64,000 bases of DNA from Chromatiaceae bacterium (GCA_024235415.1 JACKML010000010.1:5210-69209); one strand, 5' to 3'; positions 1-9,834 are shown, counted from the first letter of the stretch. Notes: generated by a model from the sequence alone, not told the origin. A program made the numbers and translations.

Positions 1-1104
1 CACGTCGATCTCGGTGCCTGGCACGAGTGACAGTGCCTCACGGGTCTTGGGCCCGATTCGCTGCACGCGCTGATGGCAGGCCGCGTGATAGGAGACCTTG
101 CCCAACGGGTTCTTGAACTCGGTGTTCAGCTTGCCGTACTTGTGACGCAGCATCAGGTACTCGAACGGGTCGTACATCGCATCACGCACCTTGATGACGT
201 CCGGATCGTCCGGGTACATCAACGGCAACTCCTGCTTGAACATCAGCACGCAGGAAGGCACGGGCGCGACGATGTCCCAGCCTTCGTCGACGAGCTTCGC
301 CAACATCGGAATATTGACCTGCTTGGAACGCTCGACGGACTCGAAGTCGCCCAGTTCGAGCTTCGGCATGCCGCAGCACTTTTCCTTGTCCGCGGTGGTC
401 ACAGCGATCCCGTTGTGACGAAACACCGCCACCAGGTCTTCGCCGCTCTTCGGGTCGTTGCGGTTGCCGTAGCAGGTGGCGAACAGGGCCACCTTGCCGG
501 TGGTCGCGCCAGCGGCCTCGGCACCTTCGCCCGAGTCGCGCGACACCCGGTCACGCAGCGGCTTGCTGTGAAATTCGGGTAGCTTGGCGTCTTTGTGCAC
601 ACCGAAGCTGTCCTGCAGGATGCCGCGGAAGGTCGCGTTCCTGTTCATCGCATTGACGATGCCACTGACCACCGGGATGCCGGCAATTGCACCGACTGTA
701 TCCGTACTGGTCAGGGTCTTGTCGCGCAGCGAGGCGCCCTGTTGTTTGAACTTGACCGCCTTGGCCTGCAGCATCAGGTGAGGGAAATCCAGGTCCCATT
801 CATGCGGCGGGACATAGGGACATTTCGTGAGGAAGCACAGGTCGCACAGATAGCACTGATCGACCACTTTCCAGTAGTCCTGCTTCGCCACCCCGTCGAC
901 TTCCATCGTCGATGACTCGTCGACCAGGTCGAACAGGACCGGGAAGCTATGGCACAGGCTTATGCAGCGTCTGCAGCCGTGGCAGATATCGAAGACGCGC
1001 TCCATCTCGTGGAACAGCTTGCCTTCGTCATAGAACTCGGGATTTTTCCAATCCAACGCGTGTCGAGTCGGGGCCTCGAGACTGCCTTCGCGTGCACCAG
1101 CCAT
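1..1104 (-). CDS. Rubrerythrin-associated Fe-S oxidoreductase (GlpC/HdrD-like), 3' end runs off the window
   Basis: Absent from the ORF track. Hand translation from the ATG at 1104 gives MAGAREGSLEAPTRHALDWKNPEFYD...ICHGCRRCISLC...QCYLCDLCFLTKCPYVPPH, with two 4Fe-4S motifs and a later CCGMP motif. Lies directly downstream of rubrerythrin. Confidence 0.9.
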   Translation of the reverse strand, partial: MAGAREGSLEAPTRHALDWKNPEFYDEGKLFHEMERVFDICHGCRRCISLCHSFPVLFDLVDESSTMEVDGVAKQDYWKVVDQCYLCDLCFLTKCPYVPPHEWDLDFPHLMLQAKAVKFKQQGASLRDKTLTSTDTVGAIAGIPVVSGIVNAMNRNATFRGILQDSFGVHKDAKLPEFHSKPLRDRVSRDSGEGAEAAGATTGKVALFATCYGNRNDPKSGEDLVAVFRHNGIAVTTADKEKCCGMPKLELGDFESVERSKQVNIPMLAKLVDEGWDIVAPVPSCVLMFKQELPLMYPDDPDVIKVRDAMYDPFEYLMLRHKYGKLNTEFKNPLGKVSYHAACHQRVQRIGPKTREALSLVPGTEIDV

Positions 1105-1150
1105 CGTTGATATTCCTCGCGTCTTCCTGGTTTTCGTATCGTCGTGCGAA

Positions 1151-1182
1151 CACATCGGGGGAAGCGTCGTCCCCCCGATGTG
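1151..1182. other. Intergenic stem-loop between rubrerythrin and the Fe-S oxidoreductase
   Basis: CACATCGGGGG...CCCCCGATGTG inverted repeat with no U-tract. Probably an mRNA-stabilising or attenuating hairpin. Confidence 0.55.
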
Positions 1183-1189
1183 TGGTGGA

Positions 1190-1609
1190 TCAGTCGTTCA
1201 GCTGATCCAGGGCCTTCTGGAAGCGATTGGCATGCGAACGCTCGGCCTTGGCCAGGGTCTCGAACCAATCAGCGATTTCGTCGTGGCCTTCTCCGCGCGC
1301 GGTCTTGGCCATACCCGGGTACATATCGGTGTACTCGTGGGTCTCACCCGCAATCGCGGTCTTGAGGTTGTCCGAAGTGCCGCCGAACGGCATGCCGGTC
1401 GCCGGGTCGCCACACTGCTCGAGGTACTCGAGGTGGCCGTGTGCATGACCGGTCTCGCCTTCAGCGGTCGAACGGAATACGGCGGCGACGTCGTTGTAGC
1501 CCTCGACGTCAGCCTTGGCCGCGAAGTACAGGTAACGACGGTTGGCCTGTGACTCGCCCGCGAATGCGGCCTTCAGGTTGTCTTCAGTCTTGGAGCCTTT
1601 CAGAGACAT
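1190..1609 (-). CDS. Rubrerythrin (short type, no rubredoxin domain)
   Basis: [30 protein letters not shown]...[10 protein letters not shown]...[13 protein letters not shown]...AERSH di-iron ExxH motifs. GGAGGA RBS precedes the ATG at 1609. Confidence 0.95.
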   Translation of the reverse strand: MSLKGSKTEDNLKAAFAGESQANRRYLYFAAKADVEGYNDVAAVFRSTAEGETGHAHGHLEYLEQCGDPATGMPFGGTSDNLKTAIAGETHEYTDMYPGMAKTARGEGHDEIADWFETLAKAERSHANRFQKALDQLND

Positions 1610-1667
1610 GTAGTTATCCTCCAGTCTTTTGGGTATGAGCCGGTTCCAACCGGCGGGTAGCGGAAGC

Positions 1668-1733
1668 AATATAGTGGGCGCCGGGCCTGCGAGGAAATTG
1701 ATTCTGGCAATTCACTCGATAGCCGCCAACTAT
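1668..1733 (-). promoter_or_regulatory. OxyR-binding site abutting the rubrerythrin promoter
   Basis: 1697-1733 reads ATTG-N7-CAAT-N7-ATAG-N7-CTAT, matching OxyR consensus spacing. Minus strand: -10 TATATT (1673-1668), 17-bp spacer, weak -35 TTCCTC (1696-1691). Confidence 0.75.
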
Positions 1734-1806
1734 CGGGATGTCTTTCGGCATGGACACGCAATGCCGGCCCGCAAATGGGAACAGGCATCCTGCGCACGGT
1801 GATGTT

Positions 1807-2733
1807 TCAGTGAATCGCCTCGACGCACGACATCTCGCAACCCAGGACCGCATCGCGCAGCGCGGTGATCGCCTGCGGCCGCGGAAAACTCTTGCGCCAG
1901 GCCAGGGCAATCGTGCGCGACGGGGCATCGTGATCGAAGCGGCGAATGCTCAACAAGCGCTCGGAGAACCTGTCCGCACCCGCCGCCGAACACGGCAATA
2001 TGGTCACACCCAGGCCGCTGGCCACCATGTACCGAATGGTCTCCAGCGAGCCACCCTCCAGCGTCTGCACCGGGCTGCCCTCTGCCGTACTGCGCCGAAG
2101 GCAATCGGGACAGACCTGCAGCACCTGGTCACGGAAGCAGTGCCCTGCGCCCAGCAGCAGGACGTTTTCATTGCGCAGGTCGCCGACCTGAAAACTCGCT
2201 TTCTGATTCAATGGATGACTACTGGGCAACAGCAGCACGAAGGGTTCGCGGTACAGCGGCATGGTGAGCACACCGGGCTCGTCGAACGGCAGCGAGATCA
2301 GGATCACGTCGAGTTCGCCGCGCTTGAGCTTTTCCGCCAGGCTCGCGGTGTAGTTCTCTTCGATCACCAGCGGCATCTTCGGCGCGCGGTCCGCCAGTTG
2401 CGGAATCAGGTGTGGCAGCAGATAGGGCCCGATGGTGTAGATCGCGCCGAGTCGCAACGGGCCGTCGAGCTGGTCCTGGCCGCGCCGCGCGATCTGGCGG
2501 ATGCTGCTCGCCTCCTCCAGTACGCGCTGCGCCTGGGCAACGATCTGCTCGCCCACCGGGGTGACGCTGACTTCACCCTTGCGGCGCTCGAACAGGCTCA
2601 GACCCAGCTCTTCCTCGAGCTTCTTCACCGCCACGCTGAGCGTGGGCTGGCTGATGAAGCAGGTCTCGGCGGCGCGCCCGAAATGCCGCTCTCGCGCCAC
2701 AGCAACGATGTACTTGAGTTCGTTAAGGGTCAT
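1807..2733 (-). CDS. oxyR: Hydrogen peroxide-inducible genes activator OxyR (LysR family)
   Basis: LysR HTH (MTLNELKYIVAVARERHFGRAAETC...QPTLS), redox motif GHCFRDQVLQVC, and GSLETIRYMVASGLG. Confidence 0.93.
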   Translation of the reverse strand: MTLNELKYIVAVARERHFGRAAETCFISQPTLSVAVKKLEEELGLSLFERRKGEVSVTPVGEQIVAQAQRVLEEASSIRQIARRGQDQLDGPLRLGAIYTIGPYLLPHLIPQLADRAPKMPLVIEENYTASLAEKLKRGELDVILISLPFDEPGVLTMPLYREPFVLLLPSSHPLNQKASFQVGDLRNENVLLLGAGHCFRDQVLQVCPDCLRRSTAEGSPVQTLEGGSLETIRYMVASGLGVTILPCSAAGADRFSERLLSIRRFDHDAPSRTIALAWRKSFPRPQAITALRDAVLGCEMSCVEAIH

Positions 2734-2855
2734 AACCGCGGGAATCTGCTCACAAAATCGGAACCAAACACCGATCGTCGGATTTGTGCCGCCGGAGGTA
2801 TGGGCTACTATAACCTGAAATAAGATATGGGGACCCAGCGGGGCTCAATGCAGCA

Positions 2856-3692
2856 ATGACGTCAAGTACGCCGGACAGCAACCTGCGCACAACGAGATTT
2901 CCGGCCGGCACCCTGAGGGTACTGCAGCTCACGGATACCCACCTCTACGCGAACCCGGTCGGCACCCTGCTCGGCGTCAATACGCTGGATTCGTTTCAAC
3001 GGGTGATCGCCCATTTTCGCGACCACCATTGGCCGCTCGATCTGCTGCTCGCCACCGGCGATCTGGTGCATGACGCCAGCCCAGAGGGCTATGCGCTGAT
3101 GGCCGACATCCTCTCCAGCTTCCAGGTGCCGGTATTCTGCCTGCCCGGCAATCATGACGTCCCGCAGGCAATGCGCGAACACCTCAAGGCCGACCGCGTC
3201 TCCACGGCCGGCGTGATGGATCGCGGCAACTGGCGCTTCGTGATGCTCGATTCGGTCATCCCGGGTGAGGAGGGAGGCCGGCTCGCAGCCGACCAGCTGC
3301 AGCTGCTCGAGGATGCCCTCGCCACCAGCGATCGCCACACCCTGATCTGCATGCACCACCAACCGATCGGTGTCGGCAGCGCCTGGATAGACACCATGGC
3401 GATCGAGAACCCCGACCCGCTGTTCGACATCATCGACCGTTACCCGCATGTCCGTGGCGTCCTTTGGGGTCATGTCCACCAGACGTTCGAGGCGTGGCAT
3501 GGCGACGTTCGCCTGATGGCCTCACCATCGACCTGCGTGCAGTTTGCTCCGAAGACCGAGAGCTTCCAGGTCGATGAGGAGCCGCCCGGTTTCCGCCTGC
3601 TGGCACTGATGCCCGATGGCAGCATTCGCAGTGAGGTCGTCCGCGTCGACGAGATGCCACATGGCCTCGAACGCGCGTCTGCGGGATACTGA
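2856..3692 (+). CDS. cpdA: 3',5'-cyclic-AMP phosphodiesterase
   Basis: Metallophosphoesterase motifs DTHL, TGDL, PGNHD, HHQP, WGHVHQ, and SPSTCVQF. Confidence 0.9.
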   Translation: MTSSTPDSNLRTTRFPAGTLRVLQLTDTHLYANPVGTLLGVNTLDSFQRVIAHFRDHHWPLDLLLATGDLVHDASPEGYALMADILSSFQVPVFCLPGNHDVPQAMREHLKADRVSTAGVMDRGNWRFVMLDSVIPGEEGGRLAADQLQLLEDALATSDRHTLICMHHQPIGVGSAWIDTMAIENPDPLFDIIDRYPHVRGVLWGHVHQTFEAWHGDVRLMASPSTCVQFAPKTESFQVDEEPPGFRLLALMPDGSIRSEVVRVDEMPHGLERASAGY

Positions 3693-3760
3693 GCCTGCGA
3701 CGACATCCTCCGTTCCCGTGATGCGTGGACGCGTCACCGATCCTTCACTCCAACCAACGC

Positions 3761-4726
3761 ATGACGAGGGCCGCGGACTTGGCACAACTGCACGTGAATG
3801 ACGCACTCAGGCTGTGGCCGCAGGCAGCATTTCTCGCCACCCTGATGGTGGCAGTCAGTTATGCCGAGGCGGCGACCGACTACCCGCCACCACCGGGCCC
3901 TTATCACAGCGAGCCGATGGTGCTGCCCGAGCTGCCAGTGACGCCGCAAACGTCTGCAGGGAGCACCGCCGAAGGGGGCACCGCGCCGCAGGCCGACGTC
4001 TCGTCAAAACGCCTGGCGATTCCGCAACTCAATCCCGGACTCGAGCCAGGTGCATACGATGCTGCCAACCTGTTCGGCAACGTCGGGAAGTCCCGGCAGG
4101 ACGACCAGCGCGGTCTGTTGCAACCGCTGTCGAACCATCAGCAGCCCGTAATCGAATCACCGCACCCGGCGAAGGCGGAGGAGGATACGAGGGGATTCAC
4201 GATGGATTTCCGGCGCGGAAATGGTGGTGCGGCTTATCGTGATGTCCCACGCTACGAGCCAGCCGGTGCCGTCTACTACGGTTACCCGCAATATGCACCG
4301 GCCTATCCCGGCTACGGACAGTACCCCGGCCAGGGCATGCACTACGCACCGCCTGCAGCCCCCGACGCGGTCTACCCCGGTTATTCCGCTGGGCATGGAA
4401 TGGCCGATCCGCGCCGCGCGACGGGTGGGCAGGGTTTTGCCACACCCTCGCCCGGGCCCGCCAGTTACCCATCCATCGGGCCTGGTATGCAGACCAATCC
4501 GACCCAGGCCCCTTATCCCACTGTCAGCAGTGCACCCGACAACCTGCGACAGCAAGACCGATCAGGGGAGGCAACGGGAACGACGTTCCGGGCTGTCACA
4601 CCCGACGCCCCGTCGGGCGCGTCTGACGTGCCGGCAGACACGGGCGCTGGGCGCCCAGAAGACAGTGCCTCACCGTCTGACAGTACGATGATGTTCCGTC
4701 CGCCGGAGCTGCTGCCCGGCCGTTGA
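3761..4726 (+). CDS. Pro/Tyr/Gly-rich low-complexity exported hypothetical protein (start uncertain)
   Basis: Long ORF with a signal-like segment (AAFLATLMVAVSYAEA), DYPPPPGPY, a YGYPQYAPAYPGYGQYPG block, and C-terminal MFRPPE. Confidence 0.6.
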   Translation: MTRAADLAQLHVNDALRLWPQAAFLATLMVAVSYAEAATDYPPPPGPYHSEPMVLPELPVTPQTSAGSTAEGGTAPQADVSSKRLAIPQLNPGLEPGAYDAANLFGNVGKSRQDDQRGLLQPLSNHQQPVIESPHPAKAEEDTRGFTMDFRRGNGGAAYRDVPRYEPAGAVYYGYPQYAPAYPGYGQYPGQGMHYAPPAAPDAVYPGYSAGHGMADPRRATGGQGFATPSPGPASYPSIGPGMQTNPTQAPYPTVSSAPDNLRQQDRSGEATGTTFRAVTPDAPSGASDVPADTGAGRPEDSASPSDSTMMFRPPELLPGR

Positions 4727-4755
4727 ACGGCGACAGTCGTCACCGCAGACCGCAG

Positions 4756-5022
4756 TCAGCCAGTGTGAAACCCGGCCATCGGCTGTTCGGCGAGGTCTTC
4801 GCTGCGCACATCGTCGACCACTGCAAGCTCCGGCCCCTGCCATAGCCAGGCAGCCAACTGATCCAGTTCCGGATCCCCGCCACAGGCCACGACCTCCACC
4901 CGCCCATCAGGCAGGTTCAGTGCATGACCACTCAGGCCGAGCGACTCGGCCACGCGGCGCGTGGAGGCGCGATACCAGACACCCTGCACCCGCCCGCTGA
5001 CAACGAAACGCCGGCAGGCCAC
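4756..5022 (-). CDS. acyP: Acylphosphatase
   Basis: VSGRVQGVWYR, NLPDGRVEV, and WLWQGP motifs. Confidence 0.92.
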   Translation of the reverse strand: MACRRFVVSGRVQGVWYRASTRRVAESLGLSGHALNLPDGRVEVVACGGDPELDQLAAWLWQGPELAVVDDVRSEDLAEQPMAGFHTG

Positions 5023-5025
5023 CGA

Positions 5026-5802
5026 TCACTCCAGGTGCAGAATTACCGTTTCGCCGACCCGCAGCGGCTGCTGGTCAGTCACGGCGAACTCGGCGACCAG
5101 TTCGTACTGCGGCCCCTGCGCCGACTGCGCGACCGGCTCGAACCCGATGTAAGCGACCGAACCCTCGATGGGCCGACCGCGAACGCTGGCCTGCAGACGC
5201 TGGCCCGGCACCAGCTGCCCCGCCTGGGCAAGATCGATCTGCGCACGCGCGCGGTAGACACTGTTGGCGGCCAGCGTGACCAGTGGCTGGCTCTGCATCT
5301 CGCTGACGACGCTCTGGCCTGGCGCCGCATTCACCGCGAGCACCAGCCCATCGAATGGTGCGCGCACCGCACTGTGCTCGAGATCGAGGCGCGCGGTCAT
5401 CAGCTCGGACTTGGTCCGTTCCAGCTGTGCCCGCGCGCCATGCAGGGCGATCAGCGCCTGGTTACGTTCGTAATCGGACAGCAGAGTGCGGTCATAAAGT
5501 TCGGCTGCACGCTCGTCCTCGCGCTGTGCCTCCTGTAACGCGGCCTGGGCGTGCGCGAACTCGGCCAGGCGGCGACTGACCAGGCTGTTGAAGCCGCGAT
5601 TGTCCAGCGTGATCAGGCTGTCGCCCTTTTTCACCAGCTGACCCGGCTGCACATCGACCTGGCTGACAACACCCGACACCACAGTGCCCAACTCGACTTT
5701 TTGCGACCAGCCGACCACGGCCGGGACGTCCGCGCCCAGCGCTGCGGTACTGACCCCCAGTGCGAGCAGGCCCGCGGCACATGCAACCTGTAGTCTAGTC
5801 AT
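5026..5802 (-). CDS. Efflux periplasmic adaptor (MFP/HlyD-like) subunit
   Basis: Lipoyl-like halves (SGVVSQVDVQPGQLVKKGD; VRAPFDGLV) flank an alpha-hairpin. Has a signal peptide. Confidence 0.85.
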   Translation of the reverse strand: MTRLQVACAAGLLALGVSTAALGADVPAVVGWSQKVELGTVVSGVVSQVDVQPGQLVKKGDSLITLDNRGFNSLVSRRLAEFAHAQAALQEAQREDERAAELYDRTLLSDYERNQALIALHGARAQLERTKSELMTARLDLEHSAVRAPFDGLVLAVNAAPGQSVVSEMQSQPLVTLAANSVYRARAQIDLAQAGQLVPGQRLQASVRGRPIEGSVAYIGFEPVAQSAQGPQYELVAEFAVTDQQPLRVGETVILHLE

Positions 5803-7097
5803 TTCGTTGCCTCCTCGGGCAGCAGACGGCCAGCCAATGCCTTGAGACGCGCCTGCGTCATCATCCAGTCAAACTCGGCCTGCGCCATGTCGAGCCGCAC
5901 TGCGGATATCTCCGTCATTGCATCACCAAGGTCGGTCTTGACTTCCAGTTCATAGAGCGCGCGGCTGCGATCCAGGTACAGTTCCCGGTAGTCGCCCCGC
6001 ACTTTCAGCCCCTCGATCGTCAGGCGCAGGTTGCCAAGGCGCAGCACCAGGTCGAGCACCTCCTGCGACAGCGCGTTTTCCGCTGCGGCCAGCCGCGCCT
6101 GACTGGCGCGCCACTTGGCACGCGCATCGGCAAGCCCGGCATCCTTGGCACCGCCCGTCAGCAGCGGGACCTCGAGGACCAGCGATGCGCCGAACGGGTG
6201 CGTGGTGTTGGTTTCGCGGTTGTAATAGGAAGCATCCAGTTCGCCGCTGATTACCGGGCCGTGGTCATTGCGTGCCGCCTCTACCTTGGCACGCGCCGAC
6301 TCCACCTCGGCACGCAGTGCCCTGATCTCGGGATTACTCTCCCTGATCTCTGCCAGCACAGTCTCGTAGTCCGGCACCGGCGCCGCGAGATCCGGCGCCG
6401 CCGGGCGGATCAGGTTGGCCACCAGCTCGTTGGGGCGGCCCATGGCGATTGCCAGTCGCGAACGCGCCGCACGCTGCTGTGTCTGGCTCTGCATACGCAG
6501 GCGCAGCGCCTCCTGGTATTCCGATTCGAGCTGGGCGAGATCGACGTCAGACAGCCGCTTGAGCTCGTGCCGGTCACGCGCACGGTCCGCGGCGATGAAA
6601 GCCCCCGCCATCGCCTCGTTGTCGCGCGCGTATTGCAGGTCGGCCAACACGACGTCGAGAAATCGCTGCATGACCTCCAGGTGCGCCTCCTGGCGCGCAT
6701 CCAGATAACGCCACTCGCCGCCTTCTCCAGCCAGCCGGGCCGCCTCCTCACGGGCGTCGCTATAACCGAAATCGTACAGGCGCTTGCTCACCGCCAACCG
6801 CGCATCGCTGTCGTTGCGGTCACGGTTGATCGAATAGCGCGCAACATCGACCGCCCGCAGACGGCCGACGACACCCATGCGCACACCCGTCAGCGACTGC
6901 GCCTCGGCCAATGCCGCCGCTTGTTCTTCACGCCCCGCCTGCGCCAGCTCGATCAGTGGCACGTCACTGCGCGTAAATGCCAGGGCATCCGCCAGCGACA
7001 AGGGTTCAGGCAGCGGTGGCAGTTCCTCGGCCGCCGTCAGCACCGGCGTACCCAGAGCCAACGTGATCAAAATCCAACGCAGCGATCGCCCCATCAA
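5799..7097 (-). CDS. TolC-family outer membrane efflux protein
   Basis: Signal peptide, LSLADALAF start, and two OEP repeats (RLYDFG; VPLLTGG). Confidence 0.85.
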   Translation of the reverse strand: MMGRSLRWILITLALGTPVLTAAEELPPLPEPLSLADALAFTRSDVPLIELAQAGREEQAAALAEAQSLTGVRMGVVGRLRAVDVARYSINRDRNDSDARLAVSKRLYDFGYSDAREEAARLAGEGGEWRYLDARQEAHLEVMQRFLDVVLADLQYARDNEAMAGAFIAADRARDRHELKRLSDVDLAQLESEYQEALRLRMQSQTQQRAARSRLAIAMGRPNELVANLIRPAAPDLAAPVPDYETVLAEIRESNPEIRALRAEVESARAKVEAARNDHGPVISGELDASYYNRETNTTHPFGASLVLEVPLLTGGAKDAGLADARAKWRASQARLAAAENALSQEVLDLVLRLGNLRLTIEGLKVRGDYRELYLDRSRALYELEVKTDLGDAMTEISAVRLDMAQAEFDWMMTQARLKALAGRLLPEEATK

Positions 7098-7618
7098 CGT
7101 TCGGCGCGCTTGTAGCGTGTGAAGGGTTGGTCCTTGTAAGCACCCTCGACCACGTATTTGCCGAGCAGCATGAATTCATCCTTGTCACGCGTCGCACCGG
7201 TGAAGCGCGCCGGCTTGATGTAGTTGCCGTCGAGATCGAAGAACGCAAACACCGGGGTCGCACGTACCCGGTATTGTTTGAATGCGAAATCCTTCATGGT
7301 CGTCGGTGCACCGTTGAAATCGGTGACCTCCACGTCGCCCTCGATATCCACCGGAAAAATCAGGAAATGCTCGCGGAAATACGCCTGCACCTCGGGCTGG
7401 TTCAGGATTGTGGTCTTCATACGGTGACAGAACGGGCACTCGTCCATCTCGAACATCAGCAGAATGCCCTGTTTGCCCTCGTTGCGCGCGGTCTCCAGTT
7501 CTTCCTTGAAGTTGCCAAAGGTCTCGTTGAAGAAGTACTTGCCCGGATCGAGGGGCTTGTCCGCCGCCGTGGCCACGGTCGTGGCGAAAAGGACCACGGA
7601 AAACAGGAAACGCAGCAT
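7094..7618 (-). CDS. Periplasmic SoxW-type thioredoxin
   Basis: Signal peptide, FEMDECPFCHRMK, and VRATPVFAFFD. Confidence 0.8.
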   Translation of the reverse strand: MLRFLFSVVLFATTVATAADKPLDPGKYFFNETFGNFKEELETARNEGKQGILLMFEMDECPFCHRMKTTILNQPEVQAYFREHFLIFPVDIEGDVEVTDFNGAPTTMKDFAFKQYRVRATPVFAFFDLDGNYIKPARFTGATRDKDEFMLLGKYVVEGAYKDQPFTRYKRAER

Positions 7619-8139
7619 TATTTCGCTCCTCCAGCTGGTTTTTTCTCATAGTTGTCGATGAACGAATTGATCGCATCGGCGGTGATCTGTCCGACCTGTC
7701 GCGCGACGACTTCGCCGGTCGGCGAGACCAGATATGACGTCGGCAGTCCGTCCACCGGACCTATCAGCTCGGTACGGCGCGGCTGCTCGCCCGCGAGCAG
7801 GATCGGGTACGACAGGAACTGCTGTTCCACAAATGTGCGCAGTCTGCCTTTCTCGATCGATTCCATATTCACGCCAAGGACGATCGCCTTGCCCTTGGCG
7901 GTGTCGTGAAACACCTCAAGCTCGGGCAACTCCTCCAGGCACGGCGGACACCAGGTTGCCCAGTAATTCACCAGGACCCATTTTCCACGGTAGTCCGACA
8001 GGCTGTGCGTGTGTCCATCCAGATCCGGCAGGCTGAAATCGCCTTCGGACGCCGCCACTCCACCGGACATCGACCCGCCCAGCGCAATCAGAAAGAGCAT
8101 CGCGGCAGGAAAGGCAAGCGCTGTGTTTCGTCGTATCAT
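7618..8139 (-). CDS. TlpA/ResA-family disulfide reductase
   Basis: YRGKWVLVNYWATWCPPCLEELPEL and GLPTSYLV. Start placed at MIRRNT. Confidence 0.88.
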   Translation of the reverse strand: MIRRNTALAFPAAMLFLIALGGSMSGGVAASEGDFSLPDLDGHTHSLSDYRGKWVLVNYWATWCPPCLEELPELEVFHDTAKGKAIVLGVNMESIEKGRLRTFVEQQFLSYPILLAGEQPRRTELIGPVDGLPTSYLVSPTGEVVARQVGQITADAINSFIDNYEKKPAGGAK

Positions 8140-8331
8140 CAACCCGGACCTCTTCTCCCGCGCGATCAAGAGACGCGCCATACTGCCGACAAATTCCTTA
8201 ACATTGCGAAGAAACAACAACAAACGCCTGCCGCCGGATATGCGGCCCACCGACCTGTGTAGACCACGATCAGCGGCGAAAGTGCGAAATATATGCCATT
8301 TCCATTCCATGCAACGAAGCGAGTTTGAGGC

Positions 8332-9834
8332 ATGGTAGACACGCCTTCAAGCCTGCCCGATCCCGGCCTGTTCCGGATTCCACCGGCTGCCGTCGCGCGA
8401 CACCCCGCGGTGCTGCTCGCGCCGCGCGAATTGCGCACATGGATCGACACGCTGCCGATGGCCAATCCGCCACGCGCTGCTCAGATGCTGATGCAGCAGC
8501 TGCGCCTGCTGGTCCGGGACCCGCAGCCGGGCACCCGCTTTGGCGCCCTGCTCGAATTGTACGACGCGCCGCTCGATCAACTGCTGCAAATCATCCATGA
8601 GCGTATGCAGGGCAATCCCGACAGCGCCGTGCCGCTGGACCAACTGGAATACCAGTTGGTGGAACTGCTGGTGGAGCTCGCGCACGGTTACCTGCGCCTG
8701 GCCAACGAGTTGCTGCGCGGCGGCAAGCCCGCGCCGGCGCAGATCCTGTTCCGCGCAATGAACCTGTTGGACAGCGCAACCAACATCGAGCGCCTGCACT
8801 ACCACCGTCTCACACCCGACGGCTGGCGCCTGCTGCTCAACGTCTTCGTGCATGCAGAACGGCAAGGCAGCAGTCGGCAGGCCATAAAGGCGGCGTCGGC
8901 ACAGGGCGGCGACCCCGGCACAGTGCGCGGCCTGTTTTTCCGGTCCTTGGTGGTCAGTCTGTGCGACCCGCATCGTCACCGCCCCAGCCAGATCCTGAGC
9001 TGGCTTCATTGGGCCGGTCAGCATAGCGACGCGCTGCAGCTGACCGTACTGCCGCAAGGGGCCTATTCCATCCCGCTCGACATCAGCGGCACCCTGCCGC
9101 CGCTGGCGAGCGCAAGGCGTGGCAAGCCCGGGCCGGACGTGCGCTACGTGGCCGCCGACGCGTTCCTGCAGCAGCTGCAGTCGGACCCGATGGCGCCCAA
9201 GGGTCTGCAACACGCACTGATGGACGTAATCAAAGGCCGCAAGACGCCGGAGCAGCGCCAGAGCCCGCGGCAGCCACGCAACCACCCATACCGGCTGCTG
9301 TACGGGTTGCGTGCCATCCACCACCGCTTGAAGGAACTCACCCAGGGAACCGCCCCACATGGTCAGGCGTTCTCGCCACTCGCCTGCCGCCAGGTCAACC
9401 AGTCACGCAGTGGTGCGGCGTTTCATCTGCAGGGGCCACTCAATCCGCCACTGAACGTCGGCGAACCCGTCCTGGCCGAGGCCGAGACCACCACCAGCGG
9501 CGGCGCGCCGGTCGGCTTCGCCGCGCGCGTGCTGCGTCTGGCCAGCAACGAGCTGAACGAAATAGAGATCGGCGTCGAGAAACTGCAGGGCAGGCTGATC
9601 CCGGTGACGATTGCCGGCGCCGCGGCCGACCGCGGCCGGTTCGACAACCACGCGCTGCTGCAACACGCGATGGACAGCGGACGATTCACGCTGATCGCCG
9701 CCCGCAATCTGTACCGGGAAGGGGACATCATCAGCGTGGAAGGCCCGAGCACACGCTATAACCTGCGCATGCTCGATATCACCGCAGTGGTCCAGAGCAC
9801 GGCCTATATCGACGTCGAGGTCGCCGAGGCCTAG
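8332..9834 (+). CDS. FimW-like PilZ-motif (c-di-GMP-binding) protein
   Basis: WIDTLPMANP N-terminus, with RQSPR (RxxxR) and NQSRSG (D/NxSxxG) PilZ motifs. Confidence 0.65.
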   Translation: MVDTPSSLPDPGLFRIPPAAVARHPAVLLAPRELRTWIDTLPMANPPRAAQMLMQQLRLLVRDPQPGTRFGALLELYDAPLDQLLQIIHERMQGNPDSAVPLDQLEYQLVELLVELAHGYLRLANELLRGGKPAPAQILFRAMNLLDSATNIERLHYHRLTPDGWRLLLNVFVHAERQGSSRQAIKAASAQGGDPGTVRGLFFRSLVVSLCDPHRHRPSQILSWLHWAGQHSDALQLTVLPQGAYSIPLDISGTLPPLASARRGKPGPDVRYVAADAFLQQLQSDPMAPKGLQHALMDVIKGRKTPEQRQSPRQPRNHPYRLLYGLRAIHHRLKELTQGTAPHGQAFSPLACRQVNQSRSGAAFHLQGPLNPPLNVGEPVLAEAETTTSGGAPVGFAARVLRLASNELNEIEIGVEKLQGRLIPVTIAGAAADRGRFDNHALLQHAMDSGRFTLIAARNLYREGDIISVEGPSTRYNLRMLDITAVVQSTAYIDVEVAEA

